Source: Takakia lepidozioides
Lineage: Eukaryota; Plantae; Bryophyta
Assembly (NCBI GenBank): GCA_030704615.1
Contig: CM060731.1
Coordinates: 54,002,001 to 54,066,000 of the forward strand
Reading direction: 5' to 3'
Length of the DNA: 64,000 bases
A model generated the notes under the pieces. The model was not told the origin of the DNA, searched no databases, and saw only the letters and a list, made by a program, of their open reading frames with translations. Of this stretch, positions 27,117 to 39,600 are shown one piece after another. Both the position numbers and the translations under genes were made by a program. The first letter of the stretch is position 1. Every line of letters begins with the position of its first letter.

Positions 27117-27855
27117 GTTGGTTTTTCTCCAGTACACAGTGCCTTCAACCAGCTCTTATATCTATTTGACCTGGAGTTTCGGTTTAGGGGCATCAATTTA
27201 ATCAATTTTACTCACATTGAGAACCAAATTCTGAGTAACCAGTCATATTGCAGACTTAAGTTAATTTAAATCTCAGTGATTGAGTGAGTGAGTCCACGGC
27301 AATGCCTGGATACATGAGAAGTTGACCTGCATTTTGTTGTTTTCCATTTCTTGCAGCTTTTGGAATTTGAATATGGTCCTGGACGACCATCCGATCTGCT
27401 TCCTTCTTTTCATAGCCCCGTGTTTTCATTTTGCTCGTGTTGTTTGCAATCTGAGTATCCCGCAACAAAGAGGAAGATTTAAAGAACTTAGTTGATGAAT
27501 TATGTTCTGCATGATTCCCACATCTGAGGAACAACGGAATCACCAGTCATGAAGCAGGTTAGAGGTCTGCTACAAGTGGTCACTTGCGTATGGGCTAATA
27601 TGGACTTGGTAGTGATCTTCCTGTGCAGACCGTTGTCCATGTGCTTTTCAATCAATCTGCGGTTCCAATACAAAAGAATGTAGAGGTATTGAGCACAAGG
27701 GGAAGCAATATAACTTGGCATAGGGGCTGATATGGACTTGACATTGATCTTCCATGTGCACACCTCTCTCTATGTGCTGCTCATCCACCACTCTACCCAC
27801 TGCCTGCGTATCGCTGGTTTGACTAAGTGACTAGTCACTAGATCACCAGTCACAC

Positions 27856-27990
27856 CTTCATAGGAGTGGGCATGTGGCTTGCAAGTGTTGGGCTGCCAAT
27901 AACAAACCCACTACAACGTTGCACTACAACCATAATCTCATCACTATTGTAAAACTCAGCATTCATGCTCTCGATTCCCACTCCAGCCTT
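27856..27990 (-). pseudogene. Isolated exon fragment of a flavodiiron protein (FLV) flavodoxin domain
   Basis: KAGVGIESMNAEFYNSDEIMVVVQRCSGFVIGSPTLASHMPTPMK followed by a GT donor, resembling Flv1/FlvA KAGVAVESINCE..GFIIGSPTLGGHAPTP. Confidence 0.75.
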
Positions 27991-28679
27991 TCAAATTCCT
28001 CAACTTCCATTCAGCATCCCATGAACCCCACATGCAGCCCGAGTGTTATTACAAGCACGTTATGTGCTTTGGTAAATACTGTTGTTGGAATGAGGCAAAG
28101 CCCTCAAACCTTGGCCAAATGTTTATGCAAACCTCCTTAAACTGCTTGTGAGCTAAATGGGTTTGATGTGCATGCCAGGGCTAGCTCCATCTCATTTTTT
28201 GGGGGACCCTTTGGGAGACAGATGGCTTACTCAGAAGTGCTTCAGCTTCCTCTGATTCACTGGCAAAAGAAATATGGCTAGCTCTGAAAGAAACAGACAA
28301 TTTCAAACCTCACAATTGATGAATGGCTTCCCCTGCATCATCATGTACTCCCCTGGCACTAGTATCTGGCCCCCATGACACAACCCCAGAGAAAACAAAA
28401 GACATGTTCATTTCGAGAATTATCTCCAATAATCTTGTTTCGATACCCTTACAAAGGTATCATGTTGCAATTGGGCTGTGTGTTCGATACAGAGTTTAAT
28501 ATATCAACTCTTAGACGTTGATACTCTTACAGTGGTATCATGTTTGGTATATGTACATAGCCATATATTGGCACTATAAGGGCTTGGCAGTATGAAATTG
28601 GTTAGTGTCTCAAGGTGCAGATGAAACATGCTAACATATTTAGATTGTAAGCAACACCCACCAGTCAAACTCATCCTCA

Positions 28680-29155
28680 GAAGAGATTGATACACAAAAA
28701 TTTCTCAGGGTCGTTGGTGCGCAGGCTTTTGTCAAGGGCTTGATATCATCATCGGTCAACTCAAAGTCAAAGACATCAAGGTTCTACTTCAATCTCTCCA
28801 TCTTGTCTGACTTAGGAATGACAATTGTCTTGTGCTCAATGCCCCAGTGCATCGCAATTTGTGCCGGTGTCTTGTTGTACTTTCTAGTGTGTTTATAGTG
28901 TGTGAGAGAGAGAGGGAAGCGAGAGATCACGCCTTACATAGAGTTATGAATCACAACTGAAGTCAATAATTCATAAGGGAGCACTTAGGGAAGATGCAAA
29001 CCTGAAGAACAGCGTCATCAAGACACGAAACGGTGCCCAACAAATTCCGTGTTATCAACCCCACCACCAAATGGCGTGTGGGCAGTGACAGGTATCCCAT
29101 GCTTCTGGTAGAAATTCACCAATGATTCACGCTGGAAGTAAGGATAGGTTTCGAT
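28680..29155 (-). pseudogene. 3' fragment of an aldo-keto reductase (S6PDH/M6PR-like) gene with retained intron
   Basis: IETYPYFQRESLVNFYQKHGIPVTAHTPFGG, KYNKTPAQIAMHWGIEHKTIVIPKS, NLDVFDFELT, LRTNDPEKF, with stops and frameshifts. Confidence 0.8.
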
Positions 29156-30749
29156 GGTAGCTTAATCTTTGAATATGCCGGGTCAAAAAGATGTCGTAAT
29201 TTCTGCCAAACACATGCTGATTAGAAAGGAGAGAGCCCATCCTTGCTCTCTTGGCTTGCTGGTCTACAATTTCAATCAAATGCCAATACATAGAAGATAA
29301 AGGTATAGAAAACTGCAGAGATGAGGATAAAATAGTACAAGAAGGAAAACCAGACCGGGAGAAAAGAGAGGAAGTGCAAGGATTCCCCGAAGCTCAGTCC
29401 CAAACATTACATCCAGAACATAATCAAAACAAGACCTTGTCAATTCCTGAAGTTCGCATAGCAATGGACTTACAATTGCATCTGTCTCGCCAACAATATG
29501 CCGCTCCGTCATATCTCCTCGATGCAAGACCAGCAAACACAAATCTTCATTGTGGGTTGAAATCTCACCTAAGGTTAAGTTGGCAAAATAAAAAGGGTGG
29601 AAATAGATGGAAATACATAACATAATTTTGGATGGGTGTTAGGGACAACTTAACACACCAAATTACCGTTATTGTGGTTATTTTGAAGATGTTAGAAGGA
29701 GAATGGAGCCCATTATTAAAAGCCCATTAATATGCTAATAAGCCTGTTAAGAACCTAAAAAGATAACCACCATGAAGCCCATTATTGAAAGTGAACAAAC
29801 GGAACACGCGCTAGAAGTTTAGGACATCGCGCCATAATGACAGCAGCCAAAATTGAATCGAAATCACTTCCTGGCTTGATACCATTGTTTCTCAATAACT
29901 CCAAGGAAGTCAGCAACTCACTTCCTGGTGATGGAAGTATAAGGAAGGAGACTTCTCTCGTGTTCTTTTCAGCGAGTGAAGCCAAGTGAACATTCTTGGT
30001 CCATATCTGTTGAATTACAAAGACAGCGCACACACACCAACAAAGGCATTTCAGGGAAGGTGTCTCACTAGCATAACTCGCCCTGAACTCATCGACAGCC
30101 ATACTACCCACCCTGGCTTTCACTTCACGCTGCAACTACAAAAGTAAGTCTCCCGGGGACCTCTGTGCTTCTCTGCGAATTTACCACTTCCCTCTGCTCT
30201 CCCCTTCAACTCATCATGATGTCAATTGCATCCCCTCTCTCTTCTCCCATACCATAACCTCTCTCAATTTTCTATGTCAACGAGAGAGGAAAGAAGGAAA
30301 GAGAAAGCAGAAGTTTGTTGCGACCACAGTAGTGCGTCACAATGTAACCCCCAGTCTAAGAAACCCAAACAGGTAGAATGCTAGTCAATTTATTCCTTGT
30401 AACTGAAGCCCACCGCCAGGGAATTTCTCTACACTATCGTTTCTTATATATCATAGTTACAGTATCTTCATTCAGACTGCCGGCGCTCTCTGAAAAATGA
30501 CAAGCATTTATGCTCACATGTATAGCGTATCTCTAAAGTGGCCATATTGTATACCTCAAGTAAGCCAATCCAGGTGTTTTTTTCAGAAGTCTAGAGCTCA
30601 AGTAGGTTACTGAAGAATTAAGCCAGCACACAATGGAAGACTGGTAACCGTGTGACACTTGAGCATTGGTGACAAAACCCTGCCAATTCCTCACAACGTG
30701 TAAAATTCGTGAAAAATCCCCATTGTTTAATGGATCTCAACTCACAAAT

Positions 30750-31035
30750 GCACCAACCTCTATAGGTATATACCAAAGAGGATCACTACTACATAATGAC
30801 GATACCTCTACTAGCATATATAGCTAAGTTTCTTTGTAAATCAAGCGTTATACCTCTATTGGTATACTAATCAGGGCTACTACCTCATGACAATACCTCC
30901 ACATAAATATACACTGATTTAGCAAAATTTATTTGCAAATCAAACGCTATACCTCTATAGGTATACCAAACAGGGAAACTACCTCATGACGATAGCTCTA
31001 CCTACATATAGTCTAATTTTGACTTAGTTTCTTTG
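30750..31035 (+). repeat. ~3 units of the ~100-bp internal repeat, upstream of the HECT gene
   Basis: TACCTCT..GGTATAC.AA.CAGGG..ACTACCTCAT.ACGATACC units. Confidence 0.8.
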
Positions 31036-31314
31036 GAATGCAACAGATCTCAATGGATCTCAATTCTTACTTTTTTGGCAGGTTCACAAATGCGTGCACG
31101 ATATAGAAATGTCCAAACAAGATGAAGACTGGACGCACCACTTGCAGGATATTGACCCTGGTTGTGCATCACAAAACAATGAGGATTCTTTAGTACAAAA
31201 CTTGCCACAAATCCCGCGTCGAGTAAGTGTTTTGCATATCCACCTAGATTTGGATCTTCTTCAAGATCAAATGTACCGGCACCACCCCAAGGCCAAGGTC
31301 ACGACGTCCAAGGT

Positions 31315-34300
31315 ATGGCAAATGTACCAAGTCTTTGTGGACCTACTGAAATTGGCACTGTCAATGACTTGAATGTTTCTGTTCCTCGAAACATTTGCGA
31401 GTCGAGAACACAACGAACAAGACAGCCTCAAGCATCTTCTAATGTGCCTCCCAAAGATATTCAACGGCGCATCCATATGCTTCCAAGGTCAACAGAGTGG
31501 TCAACCTATCGTGAGGCTTTAACGCCATTGATTTCCAACTGGGTTCCAGACAACCCAGTTGTTTTGGTCTCTCTCAAAGCAAACCTTCAGTGGGGTGGGC
31601 AAATCTATCCCGAGCCATTCTGTCTTGGAACAGTGGAGTTTCAGATTGCTGCCCACTTTGCACAACTTGAGCCTCATCGTCAAACACCTACACCACGTGT
31701 GACAGGGTGTTTTTTCAAACGGACCAGGAGAGCAACAGGCAAATATTTTCTCGAGCCATTGATTCGAAAACGTGGGGCTCTATGGGGCCGATTGCCAGCA
31801 ACAACATTTGTTGTTTACATCCCTGATAGCAGCGAGGTTTCATATGTTCCTGATGTAAGCACAGTCCCAAGTGATGGAATTGTTGCTTATCAACAATTCC
31901 TAAGAAATCCACCTAAGAAGAGGGATAGAAGGTGTAGGGAGGTTGACAATGAAAGAAGGTCCAATGCCCATGGATGGCGATGTGGTAGTGCACAGATCAG
32001 GCCTATGGAGATTGAAGATTCTCAATCTCTGTCCTCATCAAACGATGGTGAACCTTTTCATATGGCCCCATCACAAGTTCAAGATGTTCATGTCACCCAA
32101 GTGCCCCAAGATGTTCGAAGGGTCGAAAGGCCTTATGGTATGACAACATCTCACATTGAAGCTGATAGTACGTCACAAGTACCGAAGCGTGTCAGAGGTT
32201 CAAATGGGGTAAGGCCTTCTACGACCCTGCACATCACGGGATTAAACAGTGATGTGTCTTCGTTTGGATTGATGGAACAATCAAGTGGCAATATTCCGAC
32301 TAGCAGCCTTGGAGATTCTGATTCAGATTTTATGAGTGAGCCGCCTCGAGGTGGATGTAGGAACGTGCAACGGGGGAATGTCCAAGGTCACTATAATCTG
32401 GCATTACCTGCATCACCAATCACAACAACGCATGTTGGTATGTCCTCCTCATCTAGTATGATTGTTAATGAGATGGACATAATCTCCTCAATACCCACTC
32501 ATTGTACATGGGCAGCTGAAGATGAAGTTCTGAACAAGATGGCAGAGACATGGATCAAACATCAAGAGGCATACTTCGAGGCATTGGGGGAACGTGATGT
32601 TAAATCTGCATATGAAGCACTCGATGTCCACAAGGATGAACAGGGATCCCAAGCTTTTTGGTCAGCTTTTGACATGTTTAAAGTTGAGCTCCATACAGAT
32701 TCTTTCAATGATGAAGTGTTGAGACGTATTGGTAACGAGCTTTTTAAAAGAAAAGAGCTTCGTAGGGGTTCCACTACATCTGAGGCTAATCTCAGTAGGG
32801 TTACTATGCACCCTTCCATGAGCATGTATAATCCTGGCGATATTCGAATTCAGTTTGAGCTCATGGCGCGACCTTTTTGGAAAGATTGGGATGCATGGGA
32901 TCTAGCTATCTCTAAGTCCTCGAATGTTGGTCTATGTATCCCAACAGCAGAAGAGATTCTACAACACTACAACATCAATGGAGGTTCTCTAGGTGATGAA
33001 GATCACACCTTCAGTCAAAGAATCCATGAGACATTGAAGTTATGTGCTTTTACCAAATTTTCAAGGGCCCACCTTGAGCTTATGTGTTGCTCAGACAAAA
33101 TTGAGACTCACCAAGATGAGGCGACACTTTTGCAATCAAGAGAGAAGGTTGATGAAGCCATATTGAAATACCAACGGTATTATATGAGTCAAATTGTTTT
33201 CAAGCCGTACAAAAGATGGTTGGGCTTTTCCAACATCACTATTACCAAGATTCCGGTGAGTTCATGCACTGTCATGATCGTATTTAATTTTGTAAGCTTG
33301 CTTTCACTTAGAATTAGACATTTCGAAGTTGTTGAAATTTCCGTGTTGTTTTTCAAGGTGACCCAAACGAAGGAGCTTCAAGCTTTCAACCTTGAATGGA
33401 ATGAGATCAAACATGAAAGAGCTTGCTATAGACCAAAGGTTGAATTTATTCATTGCAGCGGCATTGCTGAAAGATTGACTATCGATGAAGATGGTTTGCG
33501 TGATGCATGGCTTACAAATACTTGGAAGCAATTTTGGTCTACCTCTTTCGTAAGCAGTAAACACAAACTTTTTTCATGTCTTAAGATTATTTGTAATCTT
33601 TTGCTTTGATGCACATTTTGCATACTTAGGAATGTTTTTTGTGCTTTTTGCATTTTATGACAAACTTGAATTGTACTAGCAAAGACTGATGATTTTGTTG
33701 TTGGTTTTCAGAGCTACAATTCCATATTTGAATATCCTGATAATCTTCAAGGAAAGTTGTTGCATCCAAAATTGGATTCTGAGGTCATACGCACAGACAT
33801 TCAATTGGATGCGGTGAGATTTGGATTGCAAAGTCATTTGTTTTAGATTGACATGCATGAATTATTTTTAAAGATACTCCCATGACAGTCATTTCTTGTG
33901 TTTGAATGTTAGGTATCATTGTTGATTCTTACTATTTGTTTGTGCATATTGCAGGCCAAAATGCTAGGGCATTTGATCTTCATGCTCGCATCGAACGAAT
34001 TGGAAGTCTCAAGACCTTTTTCATTCGCAACTTTGGTCATGTTTTGTGACCAAGTCCCCGAGTCCAAAAACATGTCCGTTGGTGTGGAGCCCAAAATGAA
34101 AAAGGATTTAGAACGTGATTTTCGATTGGGCTGGGCCGCAAAATGGTCAATCTTAAATTGCCTTAGAAAATCAAGAGATGAGGCAATGAAATTGATTCGA
34201 AGACTCCAAGAGGATGAAACACATGAAGACTTGGCTTGGACATTCTCGGATTTCAATCTGACAGAAGAAAATTGGGAATCTGAAGTTGAGCACAAGATTG

Positions 34301-34793
34301 GAGCCATTGTTTGGAGTCATCTTTTCAATGGACGCAATTTGATTGTGAAGGCAATGCAAGAGGGGTTTTACATGGCTGTGGAACAAGCACCATGTGCACC
34401 CACCATAAAAGATCGAATGAAAGACAGTTTGAAAGGCAATCTCCTGATACAATGCGTGTTGTATTCAATGGTGCCTGTGCAATTGAAGCAAGTGATTTCT
34501 TGAGGAAGTGCATATTTGATGTATCTATATTGCCCCTCCAACAAAAATGGTTTCGAGATTGTGTGGATCAAATGACCTATGCTGAGAGGTCTCGATTGGC
34601 TATTTTTATCACTGGATTGGAGTACTTTGGCGGCAAAGACATCAATATACAACTTCTCAATCGACACGACTATCCATGCATTCAAGCAAGCACTTGCTTT
34701 CAAGTTCTATATCTTCCCCCATACAAAGATGCCTCAATGATGATGACGAAGATTAACTATTCTACCATGGATAGTAGTTATGGTCGTGCATGA
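31315..34793 (+). CDS. HECT-domain E3 ubiquitin ligase-like gene (exons ~31315-33255, 33358-33549, 33712-33812, 33955-34793; one frameshift near 34430)
   Basis: C-lobe WFRDCVDQMTYAERSRLAIFITG..IQASTCFQVLYLPPY..KINYSTMDSSYGRA* with putative catalytic Cys at 34695. N-lobe-like KVEF..TIDEDGLRDAW. GT-AG junctions visible. True start uncertain. Confidence 0.78.
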
Positions 34794-35559
34794 CATGTGG
34801 AGGTGAAGGGTGTGAGTCATGGCTCAAACAGAGGGGTTGATTTTGTGGTATCATAGATAATTGAAATGCTCTTGGAGTGGTACTGTGAGTGTGACATCTG
34901 GTTGAATGTTAAGTGTTACAAGTTCGCTGAGTAGTGCCATCTGGTTGTGGCCCAAGGATGGGAATCCATTTTTGTTGTCGGTTGTTACATTTCCAGCTGT
35001 TGGTGACTTTTGCACAAAAGTCATCAATGGATGAGGATTTTGACAGTGAGGTATAGCTGCGGTCCCCTATCTTCTTGCACCCATTAATGGAATGCTGCTA
35101 TACTGCATATTTAATATGGTAAGTGGAGTACTCTACTATAAAATGTTTATTAGCTAGTTTGACATTCTTATGCGCTGTATGAAGTGCTCTAATATGTTTT
35201 AGTCTTGGGGGAGAGGGTGGGAGAGAGGCCCACCTGCCGTATGATTTCTGTAAAGCTTCAAGACATTATTACATTGTAAATATCACCCCATGAGAAGTAT
35301 CACAGTTCAAGATTGTCTTCTTTGATGAATTGGTCATGCCCTGTTGTTTTCCTTGAAAGCTAGTGAAATCTCACACATGTTTTAGGGTTTATCCAATGCC
35401 ATTTTAAGGTTTAGAAACATCCACAGCATTACACAATTGGCAATAAGAAAGTGGGTAAGGTAACATGTGTTCACTAATTTGGGCACTCCTATGGTCTTAT
35501 GCAGATATGTCTGAGCTTTTGCTGTGCGGGAAGTCATTTTTTCAGCTGCGACCAGGGGC

Positions 35560-36400
35560 ATATAGACTGAATTATCTTAGGTTTCTTTGTCTTCCAGACA
35601 GTATATCTCTGTAGGTAAACCAAACATGACTATTACCTCTTAACGATACCTACAGCCTGATTTATCTTGAGTTTCTTTGGCTATCATGCGTTATACCTCT
35701 GTAGGTATACTAAACAGGGGAACTACCTCATAACGATACGTCAACCTGCATATAGGCTGATTTGACCAAGTTTCTTTGTAAGTCAGGCGCTATACCTCTG
35801 GTGGTATACTAAACAGGGCTATTGTCTCATGACGATACCTCCGCATAAATATAGATTAATTTGGCCAACTTTTCTTGTAAAATGAAATACTATACCTCTG
35901 CAGATATATCAAACAGGGCTACAACCTAATGACGATACCTGTACTAGTATATATAACTAAGTTTCTTTGTCAATGAAGTGTTATACCTCTGTCGGTATAC
36001 TAATCAGGGCTACTACCTCATGACAATATCTGCCCATAAATATACACTATTTTTGACATCAAATTTATTTGTAAATCAAACGCTATACCTCTGTAGGTAT
36101 ACCAAACAGGGAAACTATCTCATAACGATACCCTTACCTACATATAGTGTAGTTTTGACTAAGTTTCTTTGGAATCAAACGCTGTACCTCTGTGAGTATA
36201 CCAAACAGGGAAATTACCTCATAACGATACCCTTACCTACATATGGTGTAGTTTTGACTAAGTTTCTTTGGAATCAAGCGCTGTATCTCTGTGAGTATAC
36301 CAAACAGGGCTAGTACCCAATGACGATACCTCTACCTACATATAGACTAATTTACCAAAATTAACTAAGTTCCGTTGTAATCAAGTGCTATACCGCTACA
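35560..36400 (+). repeat. Array of ~8 degenerate ~100-bp tandem repeats
   Basis: A TACCTCTG-type motif recurs near 35694, 35793, 35893, 35984, 36086, 36185 and 36284. Confidence 0.88.
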
Positions 36401-37152
36401 CCTGCGCAAAGGGCGTCCATTCAGTAGAGGTTGAAACTTGACTTGGGCATCTCAAAGTAGACTCCTAACCTATCATGCCAAGTGATACCATTCATCATCA
36501 TACCTGTCATACCTATCATCATCATGCCAAGTGTAAGGTTGTTGACCACTTATGTGAGAAAAATAAATGTTACATGGAAGCAAAAAAATTCTACTTTGTG
36601 GTTGTACAGGCTACAGGAGTGTTCCAGAACCTGGAGAGATAGACCTCTCGGTGGCTATGGAAGGTATACAGCAGTTGGAGAAACCATGACTCCAATCAAC
36701 AGAACACAAGTTATCAGATTTTAAACTCAAGGTACATGGCATATAAGAGACAAGGGTGCAGCTATAAGTCCTGGTTGAATATTCGTGTCTCCATGAGTGT
36801 ATATTCAGATTTTTATTACTGTATGCAAAATTCTTAGATTATGAATAGAGGGTTCTTGAAAATGAGGCAAGTTGGTCATCATTGTCTCATATGTGGGGCA
36901 GACAAAGATTGTTGGAGATAAAAGGCGGCCTCATGAGCCTCACGCTGTGCACTTCCCAATGAAACCCAACAATTTCACAACCCTCCAGAGATCGTACAAC
37001 CTAGGCCCTGCCCCCAAGTAGTATGGTTTGATGTTTAGGGTGTATGGTTCAATATGGACAATGGATATGATGATGACATTTATTTAACATAAATCCTCAA
37101 AGTACGTGACATAAAATAATTATCTTTGAATGTGATTGTCCCACTTATTCAG

Positions 37153-38842
37153 TTAATCACAATTACATACAAGAGCTTGTGTAATTAAAAGTTGGAGAGC
37201 TTCCCTACTTAACACGGTATTACCAATGAGGTCCAATTGATCAAAATATCTATGTTCATGCGTTGCCAAACCACAATACCGAGACATGTAGTAGTGGAGA
37301 TGAAAACAAGAGATCGAATCCTTCCCAACCTTTCCAATTTCATAAGCTTGTGCACGGACACGAACCATGTCAGGAATGAGTTCAGCTCCTTTGGTAGGAA
37401 GGTCATGCAAACCACCTGCACATCGCCACCTTTGATTCCCACGAGGCCCCAAGTCTTGGTTACCAATGTGTCGGGGGTCTTCCCTGAATCGTGGATCATC
37501 AATAAGGTGGCTGGTCCATCTACATGATCAAACACATCACCACATTAGAATAACATTCCAATGTAAATTGTAGCTTAACAATGAAAGTACAAACAAGAGA
37601 AAACCATGAGCTTACCCATGCAAACGTTCATACTCGCGAAAGAAACGAGCAGGAACATGTGATCGACGATATCGACCGTTTTCATTAATCGTGCGAACTC
37701 GATGTCCATTCCAAATCTTCACGTATTCATCAACAGCTTCTTGTAGTATGGGCATATATACGTCAATAAAAGATTGTCGTTGCCACGGATCGTCCATATC
37801 CAAAATCCATCATTGACCATTGCTTGGAAGCAATTTTTGTAGTAGAACATTACCTTCTCCCATAGATGCCGCCAAAAGTGTTCAATCCTCTAACGTGGTG
37901 ATTACACCACACAAAGTATTAGGAATATGCACAACATTACACACTCAATGATTAATAAAGATGAACCAAGAAATATGACAGAAACGTAAAGTTGATATGC
38001 AAGATAGAATTGTATAGAACACTAACCTGATTGTGTGTAGAAGACCCAGTCAAGTACGGATTGGGTGTTTCAAAACGTGTGGCTTCAATGTGTTGTTTTA
38101 TAAGAGAGTGCTATACTGCAAAATCAGATCGAATTCGTAAAGGTGCTCCAAACTTGGAAACTGCATCGTGATATCATTTGAAAATGGTTTTTTCTTTCTT
38201 GTTTCTTGCAACGTTCGCCCATAAAACAAAATGAGAGGCCCCATCAATGCCAGCATGTACTCGAAGACCAAACATAATCAATTTGTCATAAGTTGCACCA
38301 CGAATTGCATACATGTTTTAGTTTGCCTACAATTTTGTGCGATATGTAATACAAGAAAACGTCTTGCATGTGCATCTTCAAAGAACATTAAGATGCATGA
38401 GATAAAATACTTACAGTCAATGTGCCATAGAGCCATAGGCATTGTCACATTATACTGAGTCCTCCGAATTGCCTGTGCCCTTCTCCTACGCTCATAATGG
38501 TAGGGTGAGATGATTTTCAGCTTCCCCCACCTTCCTTCGAGGAATCCGCCAATTTGACCTCCTTAAGGCAGATTGCACTGTTCTCATTCCCCAATTTGAC
38601 CCATTCTCTTCAATAGGAAGCAACTCTTGAATATTTTCATACAAGCGTTGGACACTCAATTCATGATGAACTTTGAAAGGAGACCCTTGGACTTCTGATA
38701 GCAATCTTCTCAATGGTCGTACATCATCAAAAGAAAGGGCAGTGGCGATTGATTTCATTGTGGCACCCTCATTCAACATTGCTTCCACATAAAGTACTAA
38801 ATCATCCACTACTTTGTCACCATCCAAATGGTTGTTTTCCAT
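37153..38842 (-). pseudogene. Intron-containing DDE transposase/integrase-core gene (IS3/IS481-like), decayed
   Basis: Manual splicing gives WGMRTVQSAL, IRRTQYNVTMPMALWHID|SYDKL..HAGIDGAS, FGAPLRIRSD, TGSSTHNQ|RIEHFW, YVKIWNGHRVR. D-D-E triad present, with two in-frame stops, frameshifts and one mutated acceptor. Confidence 0.85.
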
Positions 38843-39430
38843 GCTCACATGATCTGTCTTATCTCTGCTTAATAGCCCCAGTGCCAATGCCTTCGACCTT
38901 GCCCTTGTTGTAATTGTTTGCTGTTAATTCTGTAGTCACTGCATCCACTCACAACCCATAGGACTTATGTCACTAAAGTTCACATAGGCTATCAAGTAGA
39001 TGAACCAAATGTACTTTGAAACAACAACTACTCTATCCTAAAATGTATTAGCAAACCACAGTACACAGTGTGGGCAGGTTGAAGACAAACCATGTGACAA
39101 AACTCATGAGTCACCTGCACGTACACAAGAACTACAGCTTTAGCTAAAATGATATCTTTATCAATGATTGGGGGAACTCATGCCAATATGGGAATGTGCT
39201 TACTCATGGGCAGATCTTGTCATTTGGTGATCCAAGAAGGCTTCCATCATACATAGCGCCACCACCGCTCCACCACCGCTCAACCCTAAACTTGTTGTTG
39301 CATTCTTCTCTCGTTACTTCTCGTCCTCCAACTGATTTGATCCTTTCACTTTTAGGGCATCTCTGCCCTAAAAACCCTTCATCACTTCATTTCTCTCTCC
39401 CTTTCCCTCGCTCTCGCTCGCTCTCTAGTA

Positions 39431-39564
39431 TATATCTCTCCTTTAGGCTACGCGACTCATGTCGTGACTTAGGCCTTACCACAAGCAAAGGATGGACGGG
39501 CAGTAGGAATAGACGGGCTAGCATGTATATTCAGCTTATACTTTTGTATGTATATGTGTATATG

Positions 39565-39600
<36 letters not shown>

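Noticed and set aside
35560-36400. CRISPR-like array
   Set aside because: Units are homologous along their whole length with no unique spacers, no cas genes are present, and the context is eukaryotic
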